64,000 bases of DNA from Perna viridis (GCA_037379345.1 CM074511.1:54566862-54630861); one strand, 5' to 3'. Counted from the stretch's first letter, positions 41,401-51,787 are shown. Numbers and translations: made by a program. The notes: generated by a model not told the origin, from the sequence alone.

Positions 41401-44400
41401 ATGGTGTGCCGGTAACTGTACATGGAATAGTGACCTGTTGTCCAATCAACACGGAGTAAGAAGTAGAGGGTATCGAAACCGTCAATAAATCTATTAAATT
41501 ATAAGAAAATGAATTATTTGATTTTCATCTTGATTTCCATCTTAACATCATTTTGTGAGTGTTGAATATCGTTTTGATGTACAAAGGATTCGGGCATATG
41601 CTTTACTTTTCAAAATGCATTTTTTCAATAACTCTTTTAATTGTAAATGTATACCACATGATGTTATCGTTCAACCTACATCATAGTGAAGTGAGAAGTT
41701 AACCCGTCACGTTAAGCACTCTTAACAGCAATAAACATTAACAATTAACACGAAGCACGCACTGCAACAAGGAGAAGATTGTTGAAAAACTTGTCTGTAA
41801 AGCAACACATTGAACACAACATCCACACAAAATATAATTGAGAATAGCCTTAATTCTTTAAAAATAGAATTCAGAAATTGAGTCACGTTAATCAAAAGTT
41901 GTAGCAACGTATATACTGTATATACTTAAGGTGCTCACAGATTTTCTGTTAGAGTCCTTTCATATGTTGACCAAATATGTCTAACAAAAATAAAAACATT
42001 GTTACGACTTACTGCCAGTGACGCTAAGTTGTGTAGGATTACTGTTTCCAGTTCCGACGGTGTTAGTAGCTGAACATGTGTAAGACCCCACATCAGACGA
42101 CGCAAGATTTATAATTGTCAATGACGGGTTGGTAGTAGTCATTCCATTATATTTTGCTGTGTTTGTAAAGGTTGTAATGATATTGTTTGTTTGACCATTG
42201 TTAAATGTCCATGATATCGACTGGAGTTGGCTATTAGGGGAGGATACGGTACAGGGTATTGTAACTTGGCTTCCAGTTGTTCCTGAGTAAGAACTTTGTG
42301 GAATGGTTACTGTAGGAGCAGTTCCTGCAAAGATAAAATTAGTGAGAAGCAAGTGTCATACACTTTTTTGCGTTTATTAGACTTTTTATACCCACAAGAC
42401 CTGTTTGTTCATCTAAAGACTTCTGTTTTCTCATTCATTCACTTAAAAATGAAGAATGGTCAATTTATCATTTTCGTTATTTTTTTCTTACTTTAGATCG
42501 GCTTACCTTGCACTGTTAATGTGATTTGGTTAGAATTAACAGTTGTTGCTCCGTTTGATGCTTGGCAATAGTACGTTCCAGCATCTGAAGTTGCTACGCT
42601 GTTAATGGTCAAGGATGGATTGTTGATATTTCCGTTACTATATTTAGAAGAACTACTGGTTGTGATCTGATTGTTATTGAAGTACCATCTGAGTGATGTA
42701 GCGGTTCCAGTTACTTCGCATCGCAAAACTGCCATAGTACCGGCTGTCTGAACATAATTAAGCTGAGGCGCATTTACAGATAGAGGATCTACAATTGAAG
42801 AGTATGTCTCGGTTTAACTACCCCATTGCTTTACTTTAACCAATAGTATTAACGAAATATATTAATACATGAAATGAATCCTAATTCCTTTGATTTAGGT
42901 TTCACATACTTTAAATTATGCAGGTTCGTATTTTTTAATAAGTGTTATTTCTTATAATGTTTCTTTAAACTTGTGGAAAAAGAAATGCATTGTGTTTTAA
43001 ATAAAGACTTTTAAAACCAAAACATCAGTCAGTCCGTTATTGTTACTATTCCTTACTGGTGACACTGAGTTGTAGTGACACTGTCTGTAGATTGTTGCCC
43101 CTAGTTTGTTGGTGCTCCACATCACAGTATAGTGTATCTCCATTATTAGACAAAGATGGTACCCAGGTGAGGACACCAGTAACTGTATATGTCTTGTCTG
43201 TCTGTAAGGCTGCATTTGTATTGACTCCAGAATTAAGTTTAGTGTTGCCAATCCTAAATGACATAGCAGGAGCGGGTATACCGCCTAAACTGACACATGT
43301 CCATTGTTTTGTTATTCCAGGCGTCAGACTTGTAGGTCCTGTCAATGTTGGAGTATTGGGTTCCGCTGTAATATTAAAAAGACGATTTTCTAACCATTGG
43401 TGACTCCTGTATATAAGGTCTGTCTTAGTCATTGTTGGGAATATGTAAAATTAAAAAAAAAGAACTGACTAAGCGTGTCAATGACATCTCTTAAAACTTC
43501 CTTTAACTTTTACTTAATATCTAAAAGTATTGATTTTTAAATATAAAGAGTTCCCAATTTTTAGTACCATTAAACTTTAAAGAACTTGTCTTTAAATCAA
43601 TTCAAAAAACATTAAAAAAATCCAATTAAAATTCAGCATGTCTGCATTAATATTAAGAATTTTCCATAATTTCTCAGTTACTGAATTGTTCCCCAAAACC
43701 GCTTAACATGATTTCAACTTTATATTAATTCTGAAAGAAAATTGAATTGATAAGTACATACTATAGACCTGAAAGTACCAAGTAAAAGCTAGGGGATTCT
43801 GGAGAACATTGTTATCAGCTTGACATTCATAGACAGACAAATGGTGAGATTTATCGGCTGTGAATGTATATGTGTTAGTTGTTACACCGTTGGTAGTTGT
43901 ATATGACTGGTCTACCGGGGTTCCTCCCCGTAACCAGGTCACAGATGGCGATGGTTCTCCGCCTGTAGACGAACACGTTAAGGTGATACTGTTGCCCTCT
44001 ACTATAAATGTTGGGCCCGTAATAACGGGAGGACCAGGTGCAGCTATTAAAGAAAGGGAGTTAATGTTTTAATTAAGCATGCAGTTATATAGAAAGTATA
44101 GGAAAACTACACTTCTTAAGTCAGAAAATTGTCTCAAACCAAAATATATACTAGTATAAAGTAACGTAAGAAGAGTATTTTTCTGGAGTTATATATACAC
44201 CGTGTAAGAAGATGGTAGGAAATACAAGTTTGCCTATTATTGTAATAAAACTAGAGAGTGTATACTATTTTTAAAAGAAATTTGAAAATATTTTCTTGAC
44301 ATGATTTCGACGCCTAGCGAAAATCAAAGCCTTTGATTTTTGCAACAGTGACTCCAATTGATCATACCATATCTTACGACGCTATATATAAACACGACCA

Positions 44401-45315
44401 GACTGTCCTTTTCATACGTGAAAGAAAGATAGAAATATTATTTGGTAATTTTTTATAAATCAAGAAAATCAGTAAAAATGTTTTGAGGGGTTAAGTTGTT
44501 GTACTAATTTGTAATTATGTACATTATTGTATAATAATTGACGCTGTACATAAAATAAAAATTTTGATACCCGTTCCAATGGCTAGCTTGGCTAATGGGA
44601 TTTTCAGAATTTTAAGTCTATTTTTACTAATATTTATTTCCATAAATTAATTGTTCGCTTGTTGACATTAATCAAAATCGACTCTGTGATATTTCGTCTA
44701 CAGAAAAAATAACTCAAACTTGATATCATGTTGTCGGGACATCTGTGATTCCATTTTTGGGGTTTGATTTCTTTTAGAATGAGTGTACTTAAAAAAAATG
44801 CTGCTGTAAAAGAAGCAAAGGTACAATATTAGAGCGATGCTTAAATTATTGCTGTGAAAGAAGCAAAGATTTTAAATATTCGGTAATACGAAATGAAATA
44901 CTGCAGTATAATAATTAAGCTTTTATACAAAATATATTAAACTAAAAAAAATAGTAAAAGAATGCCCATTTGCCCTCATTGTATTTGGGACCCCTGTTAT
45001 GTACAGAATAATGATCAATTCAAACAGTCGCTGTATAAACGACATACCATTGAATTATGTGTCAATATTTGTTTTCCTATAAGAGAGTTTTAACAAAAGT
45101 TTGCTTTGGAAACAGGCTCAGAGGGAGAACAAACGAGAATCATTAAAGTCCGAGAATATGTGTTATAACCCATAGCTGAGTGTACTATACGTTTTGTGTA
45201 ACTAGGAGATTTGTGAACATATGATATGTAAGAACTTACATGTACTTTGGCTAAGAACAGTTGATATGATTGAAAGCACTGTGGGTAAAAGCAGAAGTGG
45301 AATTCTGTTATCCAT
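20128..45315 (-). CDS. Giant multi-exon type I transmembrane Ig-superfamily receptor: signal peptide + 31 Ig domains + TM + Tyr-rich cytoplasmic tail, about 3325 aa. Likely to be auto-annotated hemicentin/titin-like, but it has no vWA/EGF domains and does have a TM helix
   Basis: 37 coding exons bounded by AG/GT join in frame, total 9978 nt. All 31 Ig exons are phase 1-1 with lengths divisible by 3, and each has the two canonical Cys. Most have the C-strand Trp and the DxGxYxC motif. TM segment IAAIILAILFFLLLIIGIIV; stop TGA at 20128-20130. Confidence 0.88.
20602..20667 (-). CDS. Cytoplasmic exon 3: (R)QPSDEFEINKYRVLRPDGTED
   Basis: 66 nt, phase 2-2, tttcag/gtgagt. Confidence 0.8.
20928..21143. 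mobile_element. hAT-like MITE in an intron of the Ig receptor gene
   Basis: TIR CACA(G/A)GCCCTTGGG(G/A)CCAGGAT; exact 8-bp TSD ATGGTAAC at 20920-20927 and 21144-21151. Confidence 0.85.
21557..21613 (-). CDS. Cytoplasmic exon 2: (D)EPETTAVRKIRRKKHKSY
   Basis: 57 nt, phase 2-2, ttttcag/gtgagt. Confidence 0.8.
21799..21964 (-). CDS. Cytoplasmic exon 1: AYCAALCCGGKKEKVEPQPAPKRVEIPVYYEEPEDSVITVRKFEIPRFYEEPVYI
   Basis: Phase 1-2, ttttcag/gtaagt; acceptor is triplicated upstream. Confidence 0.85.
21912..22379. repeat. 155-bp tandem triplication spanning an intron/exon acceptor boundary
   Basis: Units start at 21912, 22067 and 22222, with a few substitutions between copies. Confidence 0.95.
22461..22592 (-). 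CDS. Transmembrane exon: PNTGAATGGESSGLTAGEIAAIILAILFFLLLIIGIIVCCCCQ
   Basis: 132 nt, phase 1-1, about 20-aa hydrophobic stretch, cttatag/gtaaat. Confidence 0.9.
23235..23498 (-). CDS. Ig exon 31 (membrane-proximal; absent from ORF track)
   Basis: 264 nt if donor A/gtcagt is used; weaker phase-1 donors lie a few nt upstream. LSCDTRANPSATEWVW..DAGTYTC. Confidence 0.82.
23768..23852. repeat. About 32-bp tandem repeat (ccgaggagtgaacactgagacaattcaga..), about 2.7 copies
   Basis: Direct reading. Confidence 0.85.
23909..24160 (-). CDS. Ig exon 30 (short C2-like: CDADGDPAPTYQW..DGLHLC)
   Basis: 252 nt, phase 1-1. Confidence 0.88.
24677..24964 (-). CDS. Ig exon 29 (absent from ORF track)
   Basis: 288 nt, phase 1-1, ISCSYVANPSATNVVW..DAGSYRC. 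Confidence 0.9.
25000..25038 (+). ncRNA. Candidate minimal type I hammerhead ribozyme (Penelope/retrozyme type)
   Basis: GGCA-CTGAAGA-A-GGTCA tttgt TGACT-GAAA-ATTT-TGCC: stem I, CUGANGA core, stem II, GAAA, palindromic minimal stem III. Confidence 0.5.
25316..25570 (-). CDS. Ig exon 28 (short C2-like, Siglec/CEACAM-like: CSAQGSPTITYRW..DTGSYTC)
   Basis: 255 nt, phase 1-1. Confidence 0.9.
25877..26173 (-). CDS. Ig exon 27
   Basis: 297 nt, phase 1-1. Confidence 0.9.
26435..26740 (-). CDS. Ig exon 26
   Basis: 306 nt, phase 1-1. Confidence 0.9.
27795..27921. repeat. Perfect palindrome, 60-bp arms, 7-nt loop, inside an intronic repeat
   Basis: 27795-27854 is the exact reverse complement of 27862-27921. 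Confidence 0.95.
28256..28555 (-). CDS. Ig exon 25
   Basis: 300 nt, phase 1-1. Confidence 0.9.
28721..29017 (-). CDS. Ig exon 24 (absent from ORF track)
   Basis: 297 nt, phase 1-1, IPVVVAPTPAYTVNVGSSVTIDC..DQGTYVC. Confidence 0.9.
29080..29600. mobile_element. SINE-like/RTE-3'-end composite retroposon insertion in the Ig23-Ig24 intron
   Basis: GC-richer block with a (TTTG)n end, gggttctttaacgtgc SINE-core-like motif, and ttagtcgcc..ttacgaca..cacgggg RTE-like terminus. Recognised from memory, not searched. Confidence 0.55.
29724..30023 (-). CDS. Ig exon 23
   Basis: 300 nt, phase 1-1. Confidence 0.9.
30137..30436 (-). CDS. Ig exon 22 (absent from ORF track)
   Basis: 300 nt, phase 1-1, IPVVNVLSTSYSVNVGNSITLQC..DEGFYIC. 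Confidence 0.9.
30651..30953 (-). CDS. Ig exon 21
   Basis: 303 nt, phase 1-1, donor gtgagt. Confidence 0.88.
31215..31517 (-). CDS. Ig exon 20
   Basis: 303 nt, phase 1-1. Confidence 0.9.
32259..32558 (-). CDS. Ig exon 19
   Basis: 300 nt, phase 1-1. Confidence 0.9.
32778..33077 (-). CDS. Ig exon 18
   Basis: 300 nt, phase 1-1. Confidence 0.9.
33274..33570 (-). CDS. Ig exon 17
   Basis: 297 nt, phase 1-1. Confidence 0.9.
33787..34083 (-). CDS. Ig exon 16
   Basis: 297 nt, phase 1-1. Confidence 0.9.
34330..34635 (-). CDS. Ig exon 15
   Basis: 306 nt, phase 1-1. Confidence 0.9.
34848..35147 (-). CDS. Ig exon 14
   Basis: 300 nt, phase 1-1. Confidence 0.9.
35462..35764 (-). CDS. Ig exon 13
   Basis: 303 nt, phase 1-1. 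Confidence 0.9.
35919..36390. repeat. 33-bp VNTR (14 units + partial) containing the Ig12 splice donor
   Basis: Unit caacactgagataatagggttacttacttc(ct/ca/ga)a; starts every 33 nt from 35919 to 36348. Confidence 0.97.
36375..36680 (-). CDS. Ig exon 12 (its donor site is amplified in the 33-bp VNTR)
   Basis: 306 nt, phase 1-1. Confidence 0.9.
37128..37436 (-). CDS. Ig exon 11
   Basis: 309 nt, phase 1-1. Confidence 0.9.
37599..37918. repeat. Imperfect foldback/MITE-like element in the Ig10-Ig11 intron
   Basis: acctcccgtaagagcaggtgt ... acacctgctccaacagggagat inverted pair. Confidence 0.5.
38096..38395 (-). CDS. Ig exon 10 (absent from ORF track: IPTVTVAQSQYSGNIGQTVTLVC..VYW..DEAYYQC)
   Basis: 300 nt, phase 1-1, hand-translated and open. 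Confidence 0.9.
38610..38909 (-). CDS. Ig exon 9
   Basis: 300 nt, phase 1-1. Confidence 0.9.
39158..39463 (-). CDS. Ig exon 8
   Basis: 306 nt, phase 1-1, donor gtactt. Confidence 0.88.
40154..40459 (-). CDS. Ig exon 7
   Basis: 306 nt, phase 1-1. Confidence 0.9.
40665..40970 (-). CDS. Ig exon 6
   Basis: 306 nt, phase 1-1. Confidence 0.9.
41188..41490 (-). CDS. Ig exon 5
   Basis: 303 nt, phase 1-1. Confidence 0.9.
42013..42324 (-). CDS. Ig exon 4
   Basis: 312 nt, phase 1-1. Confidence 0.9.
42507..42788 (-). CDS. Ig exon 3
   Basis: 282 nt, phase 1-1, PSLTI..DAGTYYC. Confidence 0.9.
43057..43365 (-). CDS. Ig exon 2 (C2-type: WTCVSLGGIPAP..LYCDVEH)
   Basis: 309 nt, phase 1-1. Confidence 0.9.
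43762..44043 (-). CDS. Ig exon 1 (C2-type, nephrin/sidestep-like: APGPPVITGP..LTCSSTGGEPSPSVTW..YECQADN)
   Basis: 282 nt, phase 1-1, taatag/gtatgt. Confidence 0.9.
45240..45315 (-). CDS. Ig receptor first coding exon: signal peptide MDNRIPLLLLPTVLSIISTVLSQST (exon starts in 5'UTR at about 45362)
   Basis: ATG at 45315, hydrophobic core, phase-1 donor GTAAGT, upstream acceptor tttacag. Not in the ORF track. Confidence 0.8.
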
Positions 45316-46646
45316 TGAGTATTGTCTGTATTATAGCACCTGTCCTTTACACTCTCAGTTCCCTGTAAATATCATTGAAAACGAATAAATATGGTTGGCT
45401 TAAATAATAACTCAAAACAGGCACTAACTCGTATAACACGAAATGAGTTTGATTTGTATAATACCCTTTGAAGGAATATTTGAATTTTGGCGCAAGTTCT
45501 TCAGAAGTCAGATGTTAACACTTTTTCTTTTGCATAATTATAGGTGGATTCGATTCATTATCTCTATTCATAATTTCCTTTTCAAATTCATCGTTTTGTT
45601 TGAACAAATCCTGACTACATTGTTTATTCACAAAATATTTGGTTAAATTATCCAGAGTTACCATTTCTGAACTTTTTATGTAGTTTACTTTGATGTCGGA
45701 TTTCAAAACTGTTGTTGGTTTAAACAGACCTAACATCAAACATATGTTGGGTCATCGTGTATTCTATCTGGTTCTCATGAAACTCAGAGTGAGGATTCTT
45801 CAACGGTCAAATTTTTAAAGTTATCATGAGAAAAATAACTATTTTATCAGATCAAGGTGACAGCATATTTACATAGTCGACCAAGTTTTGGGAAGCAGAG
45901 CACTATATTTGGTAGTTATATTTGGAGAAAAATAGTGAGAGGACTTGTATAGAGTCATTTGGACCATGTTTACAGTACATAAAGTTTTTGAATTTTTATC
46001 ACAATCGTTTATGCTCCTCGTCACAAAAATATTGAAATATTTAACCTTTAGCAAAAAATAATTGTGATTGATTAAACATTTGTAGTTGATATCTGTTCAT
46101 AGTGAATGTATGTTCTACAAGAACCTTTAAAATACAAAAATGTCTCTAATTTTAATGAACAGTACTGTAACTATATATCATTATTACTGTTTTACAGTCT
46201 TTTCACTAGTGACCTGATCATACATAAAATCTGTAACCCAAATATTGAACCTTGATCAAGTAAGAGTCACTTACAATACGACCTTCAGTTAAAACTTATT
46301 ATTACGTCTGGATTTTTAAATTCACAAACCGTATCGCTCAGTAAACATAAATGAAAATCTTTTTGAATTTCTACCTACATAATCCATTTCTACAATAAAG
46401 AAGTATCCTAGACATTGTCAATGGTGTCCTTGGAGTAGGTATACCCTGTAGAAGCTATTCGGGTTTCCATATATAAAATATTAAGTGCACATTTTTTAAG
46501 TATAGACGATCACACTTCATAGGCAATTAATTTTTTTTTTCAATACAGATCTTTTTCATCAAATGTACCATTATAGATGCATTTAAATGTACCATCTATT
46601 TCTAGGTTAGTCAGATATAAAATGTTTTTAACAGAAATCTTACATT

Positions 46647-46660
46647 GTTGCTATGGCAAT
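46647..46660. promoter_or_regulatory. RFX X-box-like motif GTTGCTATGGCAAT upstream of the Ig receptor's first coding exon
   Basis: 13/14 match to the X-box GTTGCTATGGCAAC. Confidence 0.35.
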
Positions 46661-49261
46661 TACGTACACAAAAATTGGCTGAATATAAGAACAATCAGTA
46701 CATTTGTGTTAAAATCAATTTATATGATATGAAAATTTGATAAAACGTACTTATCCTGTGTGTTCAAGAGTAATAAATCCAGTTTCAGAATATGAAAGAT
46801 ACAATATATAATAAAAATGTCGTCTTGATTACATCGTTTTCAATTATTCCACTGAGAACATTTATTTTGTATTGTAGAACACACCTGTCATCGATTATTT
46901 GTTCCCACTTTTTATATGGAGGACACATTATCCTATATTTACATGTAGGAGCACATTAGGCCTTGGATTAATTAACGGGATTTAATTCTCAAATACCACT
47001 AAGACAGATTAAAAATCGAGGGAAAACTAAGTGTTGCTAATTTTGTTAATTAAATATTTTATATTGTCTTATGATTCAATTTATTACTGGTGTAAAAATT
47101 AGCGAATTAGTTTAATGGCACACCACTAATTAATTGTAATGGATGTGAAATCGATTCTGTTCAGGTTAAGCGGGCCACATGTTAGAAAAGTGCAATATCC
47201 AGTAAGTATAGGAAAATTGCTTCAGATTCTGTTTCAGATGTTTGAACTAATGAATTAGGATAACCATCATATCTACCGAAGACAGACTATGTTGCAAATA
47301 AACTTATCTAAAAACAGGTCTTAAGAAAATTGTCTAAATTTATCAGTGTTAGTTAGAAATGTAAATAAACGAAAAAAAAACTGTATACATTTATCTTTAA
47401 ATTTTTACAAAATAAAATACGAAAACACTTCATTTCTAAGAAGCATCTTGTGTCAATACTATTCCAGTTAAACTATCGGGAGAAGTTTTTTGTAACACCG
47501 TATGAACTTCTACCGGTTGTAACATAGAGTATAGGCTCAGACAAGTTCTGATTATATGTCATTATCCCATGGACAATTTTGTACATTATAAGTCTTGATA
47601 GGGTAGAGTCATCGCCACAGTTTAAACTTTTCATGGCGGCTTGATACATAATTTAGATATGACTTTTTAAAAAAAATCCTTTAGATTTAAAAAAAAAACA
47701 TGTAAATATGGCTCTATACAAAATAATTGCTTTATTTTAAAAACATCGTGAGTTTAATGAGCTTGTTGTACGACTTCTTGTGAATTATATTTCAAGGTTG
47801 ACAAAATTACATTATGGAAAGTACATTCATGCTGTTCGTATGTAATGCTTATATCCTAGCTCAAAATATAGTATTTTGACTTATTACCGAGGCATACATT
47901 TTCATTCCTCTCACTATCCAAGAATGCACAAGAAACGTAAGAAAACCTAGATGCTTGAAAAATATTGTGCACAATTAACATTCTCGAGCTAATTTTACAC
48001 TATTGTAATAACTGACAGTCATGGTAAAAAAATATTTTTTATTTTGTATTTTGAATTCAAACCACATGGTATATATGTACCGATTCTATGATTTTTGAAA
48101 AGCACAACCCACACATGTGAAGCTCCTGGAAAATAGATATACCTTTACATGACCCTCTGAATCATGAGTAGACTTGTTTAAAAGTATGACAACACAGATT
48201 GTGAAAAAGATTAAAAAAAACATTTAAAACTTTTTGTCTAAGGACATCAAATTCATCTCCTTGTAACAGTCCGTGTAACAGATTATGTAATGCTAAATAA
48301 TCTAACAACTATCTATGACTAACTTTCCATAATTGTTTTAAAACCGAACAATTTTTAAATGCCTACACATTCTTTATTTTTTGTAATGAATGGGAAAACA
48401 TTTATGTCCAAAATTAAAACCGAATGTTTTCGATATGATCCACTGATCAATGTGTAACCAATAGCAATAACAGACACAAGAAAACTACTTGACCGTTCAA
48501 TGAATAAAATAAAAAAAATACTAAAACAATTTAAAATGATATGTATAGATATTTTTACTAAGCAGCTCTTTATTTCAGGCAAACCATTTTTGACGTATTA
48601 GAATCTGATTCAAAGAGCATTTGATAACATACTAATACCTAAAATATTATTCGCGACTGAAATACTATAATAGTACGATAAAGTAACCTCTCTCTGTCCT
48701 AGAATTTCACGAAAAAAGGGGGAGGGAGATAAAAGAAAATGTAATACCTTACAATAATGCACCTATATTCCAATTGCAAATAGTTATTTTCACAACATTT
48801 TCCTAAAAAGATAAGTCCCACAGCTTTGAAAGAATCACTCTTCTATCGTTTACAGGACCCAACTCTTGATCGAATCGAAATTTAAATGTCCAAATGTCGT
48901 TTCCAACGGGATTTCACAAGCGGTCGCCCACTGAAATTAACATATTAATAATTGTGTACATAGAGAATAAACGAGTTCTATTAAATTAAAATCTATTTTA
49001 AAATTGGTTGAATCAGTTTAATTTCGAGTCTCTAATAAGTGTAATATAACTAAGATCCTACACGTGAGTTATAGAAACAATTGATTATTACATCTAGAAA
49101 TCTTTAAAATCTAATTGAAAATATACAATAACTTTGATTTCACAGGGTTGTATTTTTTAAAATCTTGCGAAGCCATCTATACAGTTATAATTGGTTGAAA
49201 AGAGAGCATATTTGTATAATTATTACGCTACCAGCAAATGTCTAGACGAATGCCAAAACAA

Positions 49262-49293
<32 letters not shown>

Positions 49294-51609
49294 ATTAGTG
49301 CATCGTTCATTGGCAAATGCTGCAACTGATAGCAATTCTTAAAATTTGTTTACATAATTCAATTTTCTATACAATCGGCCTCACCGACTTTCGAGTTTTC
49401 TTCTTACTTACAACAACAATAAGAAGTTTCGTTTCAAATATGTCTTACGTTGATATCAAATGAATCTACAATCTGAATTTTTTTTTTTTTTTATTATAAA
49501 TTATTATTTTAAAATTACTATAAATAATGATTGAATTTCCTTTTACAATATCTGTTCGTTTGTTAAACGCACATAATTCTGGGCCCACTCATTTGTTATA
49601 AGTATTTGTATGTATGAACTTACCTTAGGAGTTTAAATAAGGCAGAGACGAAATTGCAGTCAAGGAAATATGCTTCCACTGTCTTTATAAAGTCGACTTA
49701 CACAATTCACGAAAGTACAATCACTTACTTGCTGGGTTTTTGTGTATTTATTAAGTTGCTTCTTTATTCATATTAGTTACAACATTGGCGAGAGTATACG
49801 ATTTGTTTTTTTTTTTAGTTACAACATTGGCGAGAGTGTACGATTTTTTTTACTTAATTCGATATTTCAAATATTTTGGCATTTTTTAACCGGAATATTT
49901 CGAAACAATTTATTTATGTTTTTTTATACACATATAGTTTTATTAAACATGAATAATTCCTGTTTCAGAGGCCGCATTATAAAAACCGAAATCTATAACG
50001 TCAGGCGTTGCGACAATATGTGTGTGTGTGTGTGCGTATGAACACTAAATTACAACTTATATTCAAATGTTATCGGAATTTCTGCGGGGACAAATCGTGG
50101 ACCACTTACTGTCGACTATTTCCTTATTGTTATGAATTAAAGTTTATGTCCATAACCAGTAAAGACCCATCGAAACAACATTTGGTGCATTGCAAACGAC
50201 AAATATTTGTATTTTTTTTTCGGATAACGGTAACGGCTTTGCTGATTTTCTTGTGAAAGGAATCTCATGTTATATGATTGAAAAGATATTCCATCAAAGT
50301 TTTCAATATCATAAACTTGACAAAAGATTGTAATCAAAATTTCATCATCGACTACTAAAGATATATAAATCTACTATCAGACCATTCTTCTTATATTCTG
50401 GAATTTCCCGTTTAATCTCCTATGTTAATATTCTCTACAAAGTACAAAAATGTCAATCCAGTTGGCTTATTTACAGGGTTAAAATTATCATAAATTTATC
50501 AAGTCATTAAAGATGTGATATTTTCTATTTGAATGAATATAGATTCACACAAGGGAACCTTATATCGGTTATGATTTTCTTATATAGGTAACGATATTTT
50601 TGTTTGGCCAAGCCTACACTTTCCTTTTTTTCAGACTGATCTTGAACTTTCACAATATTGAAATCAAGATTAAGAGTGAATTAGCGCCATTTACTTTGAT
50701 TGTTTACACATTGTTTAAAATTCAATTATTAATCTGTCTCGGGTTATGCTTTCTCGTGTATATCAATATACTAAACCCTAAAATAGGAAGGATTATCATG
50801 AGACGACGGATAGGGTAAAGGGAGACCGGCTAAGATGGGACGGAAGAAAGGAGAAAGGTACAACCTGTGTCCTCCCCTTTACTGTTAATGTGCTAAATTT
50901 TCTCAAATTATTCATATATTCTACATATACTACAAAGAAACTAAATGGCACATTAGGTTAGGCACGAAAGAAAACAGTGTCTACAGGAAGTCAAACTTTA
51001 CCTATCGCACGAACTAAAATTCTAAGGATAACATTACACTGCTTGCCTTTTTTTAATTCATGGTTTTGACATATTTCCTTTTTTTTAATGAAGTCCTTCA
51101 AACTGATCTCATCTGACGCTCTTGTTAATCTTCCAGTTGGTATCGTGCTTTCCTCTCACTCTGATCGAATGCACTGAAGGACTTTGGCCCGTATCCAGAG
51201 TCTTCGGACATCCTAAAGTGTCTTGCATGATTTGCTGTTGTATTTTGGTTAATATTTTACCTCGTTGGGTGTGTTATTTGCTGAGATTTATTTAGATTGA
51301 CGTTTGGGACCCATGATCATAGCACTGAGGACGGCCTTGGTCCACACCTGGATACTTAGGGGCTTGCGGGCGGATTTTCTTCCTCCTTCACGATTGATCA
51401 TTATCTACGTAGTTCATAAGTTTTCGTCTAGGGCATGCAATCCAAGTCGGAGTCAAGTTTGAGACTCATTTTCTTTATTGGTGCATTTTTAAACCTGTTG
51501 CATATAAAAAACTTAACCCAAATGTCTATTGAACGTTCAGACTTCTTCCTATTTTCCTGATCGACGGGACCATCTTTGATCCTTTTTTTTTTGTAGTCCA
51601 AAAAAGTTC

Positions 51610-51787
51610 TTAATAGGATAATAATAGGAAGGAAAGAATAACCAAAATATGATCACGAGTGCCGAGGAACGCCTAGATTTAACGAGTGTGCGCAACTTGT
51701 TCCGCGCACGACTTAAATCCTACTGCCTTCTTGGCATGAGTGATCATATATTGGTTGTTCACGATAACCAAATGATAATCCTATTAA
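51610..51787. repeat. Imperfect about 180-bp foldback
   Basis: gaataaccaaaatatgatcacgagtgccgagg.. pairs with ..cttggcatgagtgatcatatattggttgttc; outer pair ttaataggat/atcctattaa. Confidence 0.7.

Noticed and set aside
25877-42324. Dscam-type mutually exclusive splicing with docking/selector sequences
   Set aside because: I saw no shared intronic complementary motif, and introns are at least 113 nt, so there is no steric exclusion. Skipping is possible, but mutual exclusivity is unsupported.
23841-44072. Plus-strand and alternate-frame ORFs overlapping Ig exons (e.g. 28231-28512, 43059-43403, 33809-34087)
   Set aside because: Antisense or frame shadows of stop-poor coding exons; no independent motifs or splice structure.
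20128-45315. Gene symbol HMCN1, DSCAM, NPHS1 or TTN
   Set aside because: No vWA, EGF, FN3 or kinase domains; the architecture matches none of them, so no symbol was assigned.
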